DNA of 62,943 bases, the filler included, from Octopus bimaculoides (taxonomy: Eukaryota): assembly GCF_001194135.2 (NCBI RefSeq). It is 9 parts of 7 records of this genome, joined end to end, with 100 filler letters (N's around TTAATTAATTAA, not from the genome) between each part and the next. Parts side by side here need not be neighbours in the genome. Positions count along the whole stretch, not along the records: positions 1 to 18,616 come from NC_068999.1; 8 more parts are not named here. One strand, given 5' to 3'. A program made the position numbers and the translations under genes. Below the pieces are notes generated by a model. That model was not told where the DNA came from, did not search any database, and saw only the letters and a program-made list of their open reading frames with translations. The first letter of the stretch is position 1; each line of letters opens with the position of its first letter. Below, in pieces: positions 1 through 12,584 of this stretch.

Positions 1-172
1 AAAGCACCTACTACACTCTCTGAGTGGTTGGCGTTAGGAAGGGCATCCAGCTGTAGAAACTCTGCCAAATTTAGATTGGAGCCTGGTGTTGCCATCCGGT
101 TTCACCAGTCCTCAGTCAAATCGTCCAACCCATGCTAGCATGGAAAGCGGACGTTAAACGATGATGATGATG
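1..172 (+). mobile_element. RTE-type LINE (or partner SINE) 3' tail
   Basis: gagtggttggcgttaggaagggcatccagctgtagaaac...catgctagcatggaaagcggacgttaaac ends in a (GAT)n tail; related pieces occur at 2143-2185 (-) and 15845-15960 (+). The RTE assignment is from recall of this tail type. Confidence 0.6.
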
Positions 173-194
173 TTATATATATATATATATATAG

Positions 195-385
195 GGAAGA
201 ATTCACAAAAAAAAAAAAAAGGAGGAAGACAGGTGGTGTAGACAGCAAACAGATGTATTAGTTTAACACCCGAGAAGTGAAAAAGTCTTTAATGTTTCAA
301 GCCTACGCTCTTCCACAGAAAGGAATACAGAAAGGAACAAGGAGAGAAAATAAAGAATGTGTAGTGGTTAGCGATCTATCATGGC
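195..385 (-). mobile_element. Penelope-associated terminal-repeat fragment with hammerhead-like motif
   Basis: Reverse complement aligns by eye with 62150-62305; contains cttt-CTGTGGA-A-GAGC-GTAG-GCTT-GAAA-CATT-aaag at about 286-323. Confidence 0.55.
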
Positions 386-1339
386 GAATGCTGGACAGAG
401 GAGTCACACAGGAGAGCTAGGAAGAAGGGAAGATAATAAAGTAGTGGTGATCCCAAAATGAAGGTGCACGTCCATGTGTATAAGAGAGCATGTATGTGCA
501 TGTGGAAGAGGGCTGGAAAGTCGCTTTCTGTTTCAAAAGGCACTTAATTTGTTTCTTTGTCAATTAGCATTTGCTTCAACTTGTTTTATGGCAGTTTTCT
601 TAGTTTGAGACATATTGCCTGAACTTGTTTCTTAAAATATCACTGACACTTGTACATTTATAATCATATGTTGTCATTGGTTGTTTAACCATCTTAAATA
701 CTGATATAATTAAATTGTAGATTTATATTAGTGCTGTGTGAGGGACACATGTCCAATCATATAACTCAAATTTTTACTTTGTAGACTTTCTCAGTTGAAC
801 ATTATTGAACATTGCCATCAAATGTCTGCAATAAGTTTGTTAAATAGTACCAATAATAAATTTGATATCAAGCTCACTGAATATCATTTTACAATATCCA
901 GGGGACAAGCCACAATATTGAATGACTGAGTTAGAAAAGTTTAATGTCTGTATCTGTATGTATATGTCTATTTCCCTCTGTTTCCTTGTGTGTCATGTTT
1001 GGATGTGACAAACAACTAAGTTATCAAACTGTATTGGACTTAGATAAACTAAATTGATGGAATGAACATATTATGGATGGAAATGAACCAATGCAATGCT
1101 AGTTTTGAGGATATAGGTGTGTATGTCTAATGATTGGTTCCTTGATGTTCTGTAAATCTAAATGTTAGAAAGCTGTTAATGTAAAACATCATTATGTAAT
1201 TATTAGGCAAGTTGTAATCTGTCTTTGACTACAGGTGTTTTGTCTTCGCTGTTATTTACTCTTACTTCAAATTTTTTTTATGTTTGCGGTTTATTTACCA
1301 TCATTCTTTACTCTTATACTAAAAGAACTTTGCTCTGTG

Positions 1340-1988
1340 TTGTCCATGATGCAAAACTTGGTGAAGACTTGGAGGTTGTCTCGAAGGAGGTCCTTACTGA
1401 AGTGGCCCTTTAGGGTGAGCCGGTCTTGATCGACTTGTTCACCAAGTATAACACGTTCAGTGCTGCAGTTGAGTGTTTATTCTCTATAGGCAAGGATATT
1501 TTGAGGGCCAAGAGAGCCAACCTGGTAGATGATAACTTTGAGAGGCTGATGTTTATGAAGGGCAACCAGCATCACATTGAGGCAATGGAGAAGGCTCAGT
1601 CAGAGCAGTACACCTTGATCGTCATCTGATCTTGGCATGATACCTATACTATACTATACCTTTTTGATTCATTTTAATACTTTTTGTACAGTAAATAAAG
1701 TGTATGTTGGCTGAAAAACTAATGTTTAATTTCATTTGTTCATTTAATTATTTGCATACACCTTGATCTTAGTATGCTATACCTTTTTGGAAAGCTCTGT
1801 CTAATCTACATGAAAATTTCAACTCTCTAGGTCTGTTTTTAAGGGTTTTAGAGCCCCCAAAAACCAAACTGAAGTTAAATTCATATGATAAAAGTTATCA
1901 GTTACCATTAGCTCTACTAATATTTTTTATCTGTTTAGCGGTTTAGCGTTTGCGAAGCTAACTTTTTGGTTAGCTGTGCCCACCACTG
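1340..1988 (+). mobile_element. hAT DNA transposon, 3' fragment with terminal repeat
   Basis: ORF 1426-1629 reads SAAVECLFSIGKDILRAKRANLVDDNFERLMFMKGN, matching the hAT C-terminal dimerisation motif S..ERLFS; the element ends ...ggttagctgtgcccaccactg, a CAGTG-type TIR. Confidence 0.8.
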
Positions 1989-2142
1989 TTAAATAGCAAA
2001 GGAAAAGAAACGCACACACTGTATTTGAGTTCAGGCTGGATTAAAATTTTCTTTGAGAATTATCCTTATCAGCATGATGTCCACATGCTTGTAGGTGGGT
2101 CAGAGGGCAGTAATTCGATCTAGCTTATATGTTACGTGTTTT

Positions 2143-2185
2143 GGCATGGTTTCTGTGGTTTGATGCCCTTCTTAACACCAACCAC
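2143..2185 (-). mobile_element. RTE-type tail fragment
   Basis: Reverse complement tggttggtgttaagaagggcatcaaaccacagaaaccatgcc resembles the tail at 1-70. Confidence 0.5.
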
Positions 2186-2599
2186 CTTATAAAAGTGTAT
2201 TGGATGAATTTTATTATAGCACCAGAGCTAAAGAGGTTATCTTGCCTCTTGGGAGACCAGAAGGGCAACAAAGAAGAGAGTATGAATGTGATGGGTAACA
2301 GTGATGGGTAGAAGAGGCGGAAATGGAGGAGACATTGACAACAAAATGGTAGGCTGCTAGTAGTTGTTGTACTATTAAAAAATATAAAATCATTTTTATG
2401 TTATTATCTACCAATATTATATCAATATCAATGTTGTAATCTCTATGATAGTTTCATAGATAGTATACAGTACTAGTATTTTAATACTTTCTCTCTCATA
2501 TTCAAATTGTTTTAGTATTTTGTAGATAGCTTTTTCTCTGCCATAAATTGTCTTTATTTGCTACATCCATTCTAAATCAGTATTGATTAACTTACTAGT

Positions 2600-3410
2600 T
2601 GTGGGGTTCTCTTAGTTCAAAAGTTTGATAACAACATACTGGATTTAAAGCAGCTTTGATGTGAAGGCTTCTAGTGAGTGTCAGGGTTGGTTGGGTCTTG
2701 TCTCTAACTTGTCTTTCTTTTCCCAACATAGTTGAATATAATTTGTGGGGAATGTCAATTGGGATTGTGTACAGTCATGAATGATGTCTCATAGTATAGT
2801 TCCCTTGACTGAAGCTAAATATGTTTTTGTGTTGCAAGAAGAGATTTATGTTTGGCACTAACGAAAATTAAAAATGTGAGATTTTGGTTATTAAAAACCA
2901 AAGATTATGTTTTGAGATTAAAGAAAAAAAAAATGGTTTACTTCTAACTTGATACTTATTCTGCGGGTAATAAATCAGCAGAATTGTTAGTGTTGGACAA
3001 AATTCCTTGCTGTATGTCTTCTGGCTCTTTATGTTCTGAGTAGAAATTGTGCTGAGGTCAACTATTGCCTTCCAGGTTAAATAAACTAAAGTAGTAGTCA
3101 CTTGCTAGTTTAATGTTATTGACTCACCTCCTTGTTTCAAATTTACTGGCGTTGCACCTAAATCAGAAACTTGTTGTTGCTGCTATTATTGTTGTCATCA
3201 TCATCATTGTCATCATCATCATTCTTTGTGTCTGGAGCAAGAGGATGCATGTTCGTGGCACATAAGTTTTCTTTAAAATTTGTTGTTTTATTAGTTGGTA
3301 TTCCAAGTTTTATTGAACTGTTAACTAAATAACCTGGCTTGCTGCAAGAGGGGCCTGCTGGTGTGGCAAGAATTCCCTCTTTAAGGATGAATTTTGAGAT
3401 TTCAAATTGC
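2600..3410 (-). mobile_element. Possible highly degenerate Penelope RT C-terminus/GIY-YIG remnant
   Basis: Frame-broken peptides such as YLASVKGT and WEKKDKLETRP loosely follow the endonuclease pattern seen at 8481-9074; weak. Confidence 0.3.
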
Positions 3411-3414
3411 AAAT

Positions 3415-4975
3415 TTAATATTTTAAAACAAAAATATCAATATGGTTTCTCAAATTGAGGGAAGCGATGGCTATTAGAGTAACTTTCCCACCACGAGTTG
3501 ATGTGGTCAAAAACCAAAGCACAGGAAGCAGCAGTAGTAGCAGTGACAAGCAAGGTATATTTAAAGATGATGCAAGCACAACTTCACCACTGTTCCCAAC
3601 ACTATTGCCACCACCACCACCACAAACATTCATGAAACTAAGATTGAGCTAAGATTGTCAACTGAAGAATTAGCCAAAGGAAATGTTACAACAACTCTCA
3701 AAAGTGGGGAACTATGGCTAATTCCAACATACCTTGGTCAAAAGGGTGTCAAAATAAAGGTAGCAGAGGTACCACCAGAAGTAGACTTCTCTTTGCTGGT
3801 AGCAACCATTCTATACAGCACAGAGGACAAAATTAAATTTCTGCTAGTTCACAAATGGGAAAGAAGAATTGGTCAGGCATGAGCATAGAATTGTAGTTAC
3901 ACACTGATCTGGACAGGATAAAAGCTATTCCTGACCTGATCAAGTTACCTAATAGAACACAGCTGTTTGTAGCAGTACAGGGTAGAAAGCCAAGATGCTA
4001 CATTTGTGGTGAAACAAACCATTTATAGGCTTTCTGCTCCATGCAAAGAAAAGGAAAATCTCTGCTGCTGCTGCAGACACCTCCAATATAATAACAGCAA
4101 CATAAATAACAGCAGCAGCAGCAGCACCACCAACAACAACAACAAAATTAAAAATGAAGAGATTAGAGGAGGAGACACAGAAACCAACAAACCATCACAC
4201 ACTTGCATACTCTACACCAACACATCTAGAAACATCTTCAACATTACAAACACCTCAACAAACAAAAACACTTAGCATTCCTGATCAACAACATGAACAG
4301 CACTCTTAAGGCATCACTAATTACATGGCCATAGGCACAAACAGCAAGAAACCTAAAACATATTCAAAAATACACAGACATTGCTCTAAATGAATCCATC
4401 ACATCTTTGCATAACACTTCTGTTCACATAAGAATTATAAAAACAGTGCAACAAACTTACAACAAACTGAAAGCAAAACATCTCAAAGGAATGGGAAATT
4501 TCTGTGGGACTATAAATAAAAGGCTCTACAAAGAAATACTCGAAGATACACCAACAAATAGCCAGGTCAGACCATCTGTCTCTAGAGAAATAGGGTAAGT
4601 GATTCTGTTCATTCTTCTCTCTGAAAAAAAACATGGTCTTGCTCAGAATAGGCAGTATGAATGCACATAGCCTGTGGTCGCCTTGGTAACGGGACCGTGT
4701 AGTCAATAGCCCCAGGCCACTAAGTTTAGATATAGTGGTTATCAGTGAAACCAGACTTTCCAACTGATGGTCTTTCATACCCATTCTTGGAGGAGATGTG
4801 ATTTACTTATCTCCATGTCAACCAGAAATAGGGTGCGGTGGAACTGCAGTGTTATTCCAAGGATGTCTGGATCTCAAGATAAGGACTATCTCCCTAGATC
4901 CAAAAGGTAAATTGGTGGTCCTGGATGTGAACAGCAGTGATGGGGATGCCTTCAGACTGGTGGCTGTTTATGCTT
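3415..4975 (+). mobile_element. L1/Tx1-like LINE 5' part: ORF1 with zinc knuckle and start of the APE endonuclease
   Basis: CCHC knuckle RKPRCYICGETNHL*AFC at about 3985-4040; APE N-terminus LRIGSMNAHSL...LDIVVISETRL and GGTAVLF...LDPKGKLVVLDV...FRLVAVYA at 4640-4975; multiple stops. Confidence 0.8.
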
Positions 4976-4984
4976 GGGGTCTGG

Positions 4985-6480
4985 TTTGGTCCTGATCTCC
5001 AAGTGGACATTCTATTCCCATTTTCTTTACATTCCTCCCATTATCTTTCGATACTGTCCCTACAGCTCCAACAGTAATCGGCATTGTTATCCCCTTTTTC
5101 ACTTTCCACACTCAGGCTATCCCTTATTTTATAGGATTGTACACATTTACTCACTCACCTTCCTTAATTATCCATGAGTCAAATGGGCATGCAACATCAA
5201 TTACAGAGCACATGTGATTTACTTTGTCCACCACCATTATGTCTGGTTTGCTGTGCTCAAGCAACTGGTCTGTATGAATTGGGAAATCCCACAGGATTTT
5301 GCAAGTCTTCAATTCAATCACTCTCTGTGGTTAGTGGTCATACCATGTCTTACCTCTCCCTAACTTCCTCTTTTTACACAGTTTCTAATGCAGAATTTTT
5401 GCTACCCCATCATGTCATTGCGGCTTAGACTGGTTTTGGGCAAGTCTGGAACATTCATTTACAATATGGGCACCAGTTTCATCAAGTTCATTACATATTC
5501 AGCACAGTGGAGACACTTGCTCATTTCTAAGATTGACCCTTTAATTTGTGGTCAAAGCTTGGTCTTGCACTGCAAGTATAGTGCTTTCAATCTCCTTTTT
5601 AATGCTTTCTTTAACCAATTCCACCTATGTTCAACTAGCAACTTTTGTTGTGTCCACATGAAAATGTTTGCGTAACACCTTATTGTGTAGTTCTTCATGT
5701 TCTTGTACTTCTTTTGTTTTCTCCCTTTTCCCTGCTTTTAGTATGCCCTCTTGTCTTACTACATCTAGCAAGGTTTCTTTACTTTAGGTTAGGTATCTCA
5801 GCAAGTTCTCTATGCACACAGTCTTCCACACTTTCTCCATTTGCTGTCTTGTGTAGGCTATCAATGCCTGTACATGCATGATGGGCTCCATGCATGGTTA
5901 GAAGCTTTCTTGTCTTTCTGTCCAACTCCTTTAACTCATCCTCTATCCACTTTAGAATTCCAGCTACTCTGTCCCCTTCAGATTTCCACTGCTACTGTGC
6001 CAAATTGCCAAATCTTTTTTACTTTTTTATTCAATATTCTTTCATATTCTTTGCTATGTCTCAACTGTCCAGATGCTGAGAGGAATTCAGTAATGAGCAA
6101 ACCAGCAAACGACTCATGATTTTTACTACTTCACAGGCACAGAAAGAGGATTTCACATTGTTTCCAATTTACTCTAGTGGCTTTAATCGAAATGTTATTA
6201 ATGTTTTATTTCCTGTATCTCCACATTGTCCTTTCACTCTTTCAAAACCAACAGTTCCAAGTCAATGCCATCATCATCTGAAGTAAAAGATTATTTTCAA
6301 ACTGTTTTATGTCTGCTGCCACCCCTCCAACCCCACAAATATATACTATTAAGTTCACAAGTTGCACAAGTGGGTGCTTGTTTCTGCTAAATCTTGTCGT
6401 ACATTGAGCAGAGTAGAGACAGAGATTGTTTACCCATGTCTCGACATGAACTAGACATTTCAGGACTCCATTTTTTTTTT
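4985..6480 (-). mobile_element. R4/Dong-clade non-LTR retrotransposon (RT end, CCHC motif, restriction-like endonuclease), degenerate
   Basis: Minus-strand peptides ELKELDRKTRKLLTMHGAHH, DETGAHIVNEC, KILWDFPIHTDQLLEHSKPDIMVVDK...IDVACPFD and ITVGAVGTV give the PD..D restriction-like nuclease motif. Confidence 0.8.
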
Positions 6481-6607
6481 GTTCCTTTTTCTTTTTATTT
6501 AATTGTGTATTCAATTTAAATAGATAAATAGTTGGCACTTAATGTTACATTGTTGCTGCTCTCCATTGTTTTACTGTTTACACCAGGGACATTCTCTCTT
6601 ATACATG

Positions 6608-6609
<2 letters not shown>

Positions 6610-6654
<45 letters not shown>

Positions 6655-6662
6655 GCACACAC
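6610..6662. repeat. (CA)n microsatellite
   Basis: Direct sequence. Confidence 0.95.
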
Positions 6663-7974
6663 AGCAAGGTGCACTTAAGTTATGTTCAGGCCTGCTATAA
6701 CCATTAAGCAAAAGAGCATGTACTTAGGCCATCAAATAGTGTAGGGGAAACAAAAGAATTCCTTCTAGTTCTAGATTTACTTTGATGCAAATGGTGCAGC
6801 TAGACCAAGACCTCACAATAAAAGGTCTGCAATAAATGAAATATAAAATAAACAAGGAGACATATACATATCCATTAAAAATATTGATAATAATATTACT
6901 GTATTGCTATTAATATTATAGTATTAAAGAGTTTAATGATATATTTTAAACTTAAAATTGGAACCTGGCAGTTGATACATGAAACAAAGTCAGTGGTCTG
7001 TGCTAGTTTGTTGATGTAGTAATTATTGTAATCTGAAGTACATAAGACCATCATAATCATTATAAGTCACCTGATCTTCAGCTTTTCTCTTGTGTGTGCT
7101 GTAAGTTGTTGCAACAAAATTGTAGAAAGCAGATTGAGTCATGTATTTTTTGATGTAACTGTAAAAAAATTATTGATTGTGTGTTTCAAAATGTAGATAT
7201 TGGTTTGAGATATTAATAACATTAATGGATCCAGGTTGCACAACTGAATATATATTTTACCAGCTGAATCACATTTAAAACTCCCAACAGAATAATATTT
7301 TGTTACACCAAATTTGTGTTGATTAAAGACTTAACAATCAAAACTTTTTAATGTGTAAATAATGTTACAAGTAGACTACAATAAGCCTTATATTTTCATC
7401 TTTTGATCCATAAAGCAATGTTGTGCATGTTCAGAGCTAGAACTTTTAGTGGAATAAAAGATATTTTGTTTGATAGAAATGCTTCCTCATGAGAGTTTCT
7501 TATGAAAATTCACCACCAGCATTAATTTCTGTAATTTCTTGTCCATTTGTTGGGTCTAACCCCCAAATCACATGGTTGCTAAGTGAGCTTCTCAGATACA
7601 TAGACATATGTATTTATAGGTAATTATATATGTATGCATGTATGTCTATATATTTGTGTATATGTGTTGTGTGTATGTATGTATCTTTGTTTATCTATCT
7701 ATACACACACACACACACATTTATATACATATATACACATATATATACATACATTCATATACAAAGTATGGGGGTTTAGTTCACAGGTGATCTTAACGAT
7801 TAGGTATGTTAGGTAAGTGCTGTAACGGATTATTGGGGCTCCAAGATTATAGCCGAAATGGTAGTTATGGAGCCATTGCAGATTTCCAATGCAGCGGATA
7901 TGTAATTGTTAAACAGGATGTCAAACATTAAGGCATGGCAAACATCTCAAGTCGTATACAATATTATTATTCAA

Positions 7975-8032
7975 AATCTTACAGCTGTTTCTGGGATATC
8001 CCTAAGTGTGGGATATTCCGTCATCAGAGACA
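7975..8032 (-). ncRNA. Type I minimal hammerhead ribozyme-like motif (left arm)
   Basis: Minus strand: tct-CTGATGA-cggaatatccc-acactta-gggatatccca-GAAA-cagctg-TA-aga. Canonical CUGAUGA and GAAA, hairpin helix II, palindromic ACAGCTGT helix III, GUA cleavage triplet, 3-bp helix I. The helix II closing pair is a C-A mismatch. Confidence 0.6.
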
Positions 8033-8480
8033 TATTAGGGAAAAAATATGGAAAATGAGAATGGTGTATATCAATAAAACAACAACATAGAGGAAGAAAG
8101 TAAAAGAATAAGGAGATGGAAAGAGAGAAGGAAAAACAAGCATACAAAATCATAGTTCAACTTTCCAAAGTTATAGAAACCAGAGCATGAGTCCTTAGGT
8201 GCAATCCTGTGTAGATCCATGAGTGTAAGTCTTTAGGTGCAATCCTGCATATATCCATGTGGGTTAAAGTCCTGATATAGTAGACATACCATGAAAAAGA
8301 TGCTACTAATAATAATACTAGTAATGATAATAATTACAACAGCGACGCCGATAATGATGATGATAATAATAATAAAGGTAATGCTCGCATTGATACCGAT
8401 ACTAGAAACGACAGTAATAATAGCAGCAATATCACGATCAATTCACCTAATACCACCCTAACCTCTACCAGCACTACCTC

Positions 8481-9074
8481 ATGTCTCTCTCTCGAATTAA
8501 CCACGGGAGAACCGATAACTGCAGCTGCAGATCTGGGACGGATTGCCTGCTGCAAGCCCAATGCAGAAGATTCAACATTGTATACCGATGCACTATTCAC
8601 AACATGGTAAATAACTCCTGTAGTACCAATTTTAAACATAGGTATTACGCACATTTAAACTCGTTTAAATATAAAGAGAATAGCAATTCCACGTCACTTG
8701 CCAGCCACATACATCATCTGATTAATAGAAAAATACAGTATAAACTTTCCTGGGCTATAATAGACTTGGGTACCCCATATCAGGGCCAACAATCTAGTTG
8801 TGGACTTTGCTTAAAAGAAGCTCTCAAAATTCTAACCCACATCTCACCACAATTGCTTAATAAATACAAGGCCTTCATTACCTGTAAGCACAAATTCTTC
8901 TGCACTTTTAAATTCTTTCATAAATCTAAATGTAAGCTCATCCCCACAAATAGCACCCACATACAAACCCCAATGATCATTAACGCATACCCCTTCTATA
9001 TCTCTATAACTCTTATTTCTACCTTATGTCTTACCTCAAATCTATCTACTGTACCTCATCACACTATGAGATAA
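8481..9074 (+). pseudogene. Penelope GIY-YIG endonuclease domain lacking the YIG motif
   Basis: NCSCRSGTDCLLQAQC, IVYRCTI, FKHRYYAHLNSF, TSLASHIH, KLSWAII, CGLCLKE, LLNK and CKHK follow the PLE endonuclease order; no YIG between IVY and FKxRY. Confidence 0.75.
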
Positions 9075-9859
9075 ATATTAATTCTTTAATTTATCCTTAA
9101 TTTATTTTAAACATTAACCCAATAAATCCCCTGCTATAAATCCCTAACTCTAACTCCCACTCATAGATAATTTAACATTCAACTAGCTCTTCCTTTCTTG
9201 ACTACCTACGCGCACACAGCCCCATTGCTAAATTCTACAGCCTCTAACCTTAGTCAGGATGGACAAAAGCAATTAATACCAAATTTCTTCCCCAACAACT
9301 TTAGGCTTTGAGACTACCAGACATCTACTACTCTCTTTAAATTCCTTTCATTTCGCTCTATTTTTTTTTTACCCTATCTTCCTCTACCTCCTCATCCTCT
9401 CTCTTGTCTTCTTGGCTACTCCTTACACAATTTTTAGATACTAACACATATGAACCTTACTTTATCCTATAGCCAATCCTTAAAATCCCCCTACCTCACT
9501 CTATCTCCTCTTTCTATTTTCTTTTCTTTACTTTTACCAATTAATAGCCACCTCTGCTACCATTCTGTTATTGAACGTTGATATGTTCGTGCTTTTTTCT
9601 TTGGATGCCTACTATATCAGGACTTTAATCAACATGAATATATGCAGGATTGCACCTAAAGACTTATACTCATGGATCTACACAGGATTGCACCTAAGGA
9701 CTCCTGCTCTGGTTTCTATAACTTCAGAAAATTGAACTATGAACTTTTATGCTTCTTTTTTCTTCTCCCTTTCCATCTCCTTATTCTTTTACTCCCTTCC
9801 TGTATGTTGCTGTCTTATTGATATATATCATTCTCATTTTCCATATTTTTCCCCAATTT

Positions 9860-9915
9860 GTCCCTGGTGACGGAATATCCCATACTTGGGGATATCCCAG
9901 AAACAGCTGTAAGAT
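9860..9915 (+). ncRNA. Hammerhead-like motif (right arm; core CTGGTGA)
   Basis: CTGGTGA(9864-9870)-cggaatatccc-atacttg-gggatatccca-GAAA-cagctg-TA-aga; same architecture as the left arm with an A>G change in the core. Confidence 0.5.
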
Positions 9916-10129
9916 TTTGGATAATAATATTGTATATGACTTGAGATGTTTGATGTTCTGTTTAACAATTATATTTCCGCTGCATCGGAAATCTGCAATG
10001 TCTCCATAACTACATATCAATAATATTTTTTGACCACTATAACATAGCAGTTCTACACAGAACTATATTACTGCATTTTAACCCGAGGAAAGTGTCTTTT
10101 CCAGCTGTGTGTTGTTAACCAGTTGAAAA

Positions 10130-10560
10130 ATGGTTAACAGTTACTTGGATTCATTCCCACTGCATTGTGCAAAAGTACATTTATATGCATGTAGCCATCT
10201 TGAGAGTCTTTCAGAAATTCTATTAATGATCTTCTCATTGGTCCACGGAATAGACGAGGATTCCTTGGAGCAGAGTCAGCATCTCCTGGAAATGATATTA
10301 TATGGACCAGTTTATGTTATACTTAATTTTATCTTCTGTCAGTTGCTACACAAAATCGGCCAAAGATGTTGAATGTCTTATTGATTCTTTTGAAGCTGGC
10401 AACATGGTTGTGATAATGATTCTTAAATGAATCAGCCATATGCGCGCTGTAAACATATGGTCTTCCCCTTGTGTGCATGGTACATTTATACGTGGTCTAA
10501 TCAATAAATATCTGGACTGTTGCCATAGTAACAAAGCTAAAGCACACACAGTAAAGCTGA
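10130..10560 (-). mobile_element. Second Penelope GIY-YIG fragment
   Basis: Minus strand TTYKCTMHTRGRPYVYSAHMADSFKNHYHNHVASFKRIN, then after a frameshift HSTSLADFV*QLTEDKIKYNINWSI. Confidence 0.65.
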
Positions 10561-10589
10561 CCTTGAACTTTGCTCTGCATGGCACTAAA

Positions 10590-11366
10590 TTTTAATGTTC
10601 TAGCTCACTTCCACTGTTTACAACAGTGCTTGGAATAAAGGTGTGCAGTGTGTGGCCATTGCATTGACCATGACAGAGACAGTTGAGCAGAAAATCTGCA
10701 TCAAATTTTGCTATGTAAAGTTTGCTATGTAAAGAGGCCTATGTAAAGTTTTCAAAATGTTTTCATCATTCTTGACACAATCAAGGAAATCTTGTGCATC
10801 TGAAACCCGTGTGTCTTTTGTGTCAGCTGAAAACGGTTTTGGCACAAACTTGGCAGACATGTGTCTCACCTAAATCTTCAGTGATAATGGACTGGACTGA
10901 ACCGTAACTAATCTGCGCATCCTCTGATAACTCAGAGATGGAGATTCAATGATTTCTCCTCACAGCCACATGCACATCACAATGTTTTTCTCAATTCTGC
11001 TGGTTGCGGGTTTCCCAGAATGTTCATCAACATCAACATTTTTTGGCCATCTTGGAAACGTCTAAATCACTTGTACACTTGTGTGTGGCTCATACACTCC
11101 TCTCCATACACTTTCTGCAACTTTTCTTAGGCCTCTGAGCAGCTATCGCCATGACAACTTTCTCTATCATGGTCAATGCGATGATCACAAGCAACACACC
11201 TTCCTTCCAAGCACTACATTAAACAGCGGAAGTGAGCTAGAATGTTAAAACTTTGTGCACATGCACAGCAGAGTTCATGGTCAATCTTTGCCAAGTGGCT
11301 TCACTCTGTGTGCTACAGCTTTATTTCTATGACAACAGTCTAGATACTTATTGATCAGACCTCATA
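10590..11366 (-). mobile_element. Mariner-type transposon remnant with two facing 5' ends
   Basis: Plus strand MTETVEQKICIKFC at about 10670; minus-strand N-terminal pieces including AKFVPKPF; TIR-like tatgaggtctgatcaataagtatc ending near 11366; 10590-10630 is inverted relative to about 11205-11250. Confidence 0.7.
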
Positions 11367-11591
11367 TACAAGATTTGTACTCATACAGAGGTTCATCAAT
11401 GGACATTTTGATTTTTCTCTGCCTGAGCAATTAATATATTTATTTGTATATTGCACTTCTGATTTCATGTTCTGATATTGTTATTGTGTTAGCTATGTCA
11501 TAGTCATTTCTACTATCACAATTTGGTTGTATTTAGTGCTTTTCATTGCAGTTTACATCTTCATTGGTATTTAGATGTTTATGTTTTCTAG

Positions 11592-11600
11592 ATCCAGTAG
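11592..11600 (+). CDS. Candidate 9-nt microexon (phase 1-1, DPV)
   Basis: gttttctag|ATCCAGTAG|gtgggt; splice signals only. Confidence 0.25.
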   Translation: MQ

Positions 11601-12584
11601 GTGGGTTATTGAGCTGTTGTTGCATTTTACTATTGTTTATGTGGTGCATATGCTGCTCTAAATTAGTAGAGTTTACGTAGGATATCTTCACAGTATGCTA
11701 ATTAAAAATAGCATGGTATCTATTAGATTTAGGAAAACATTTGTCTAAAATGGCAAAAAATTTTCCAGCGATCTTGGTTGAAACATACGAATTGAAATTG
11801 GGTTGAGCCAGAGGGCATCATGATTCCTATATCTGTTGTTTTGGTTTATTTAATATAGTGTGTTGTACAGGACTGGAATAATTTATTGTGTCATGTGTGT
11901 CTGAGTTTTCGTTAGTAGTTCATTGCTTTGACCAATTCTTCCAGACCTGTAAGTTCTCCTACCATAACATTGTGATGGTGTACAATGTTTATTATTATTG
12001 GAGGAATTGACAGTGTTGTGTATGCCTGCTTCTTGTATATATTGAATTTTCTCACAGTACCTAGCCCTAGCTAAAGCAGCATTATAAGTTGCATGTAATT
12101 TGAAAAATTTTTTATTAGTGGATAACCTTGAAATTCTTAGAGAAATATTATTGAGGGTGGATGGTTGGATGCCACATTTATGTACATAATATAATCATTT
12201 GACTTATGAAATGGTTCAAATAATCTAGTATCAAGACAGAAAGTAGTGTCAAGAAAATTTACTCTACGTTAATTCTTCCCATAATAATGTTTAATCCTGA
12301 ATTTAAAAAAAAAATCTAAAGAAATGTTTCCTATGCCTTTCTAATTGTACTTTACTACTTCTGTCCAGAAAGAATAGGGCATCATCCCTATATAGACACC
12401 CTGTTACTTCCGGAAAAGGAAGACTAGATTAATGAAAGGATATATATTCCAACTAGGTCTGTGACCTGTGCAGAGTCAGATGACCCCATTGTTATATCAA
12501 AAGCATTCTCTCTATAATCTACCATCAAAATCTACTAAAGTGGATTGCGTGGCAAGCATTATATCTATTGAATTTAGAACTACT

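Larger units (their letters stand above)
7861..10013 (+). mobile_element. 5'-truncated Penelope-like element bracketed by inverted pseudo-LTR copies
   Basis: 7861-8290 is the reverse complement of 9603-10013 at high identity; between them are an N/T-rich linker, a GIY-YIG-like ORF and a pyrimidine-rich 3' region; both arms carry a hammerhead-like motif. Confidence 0.8.
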
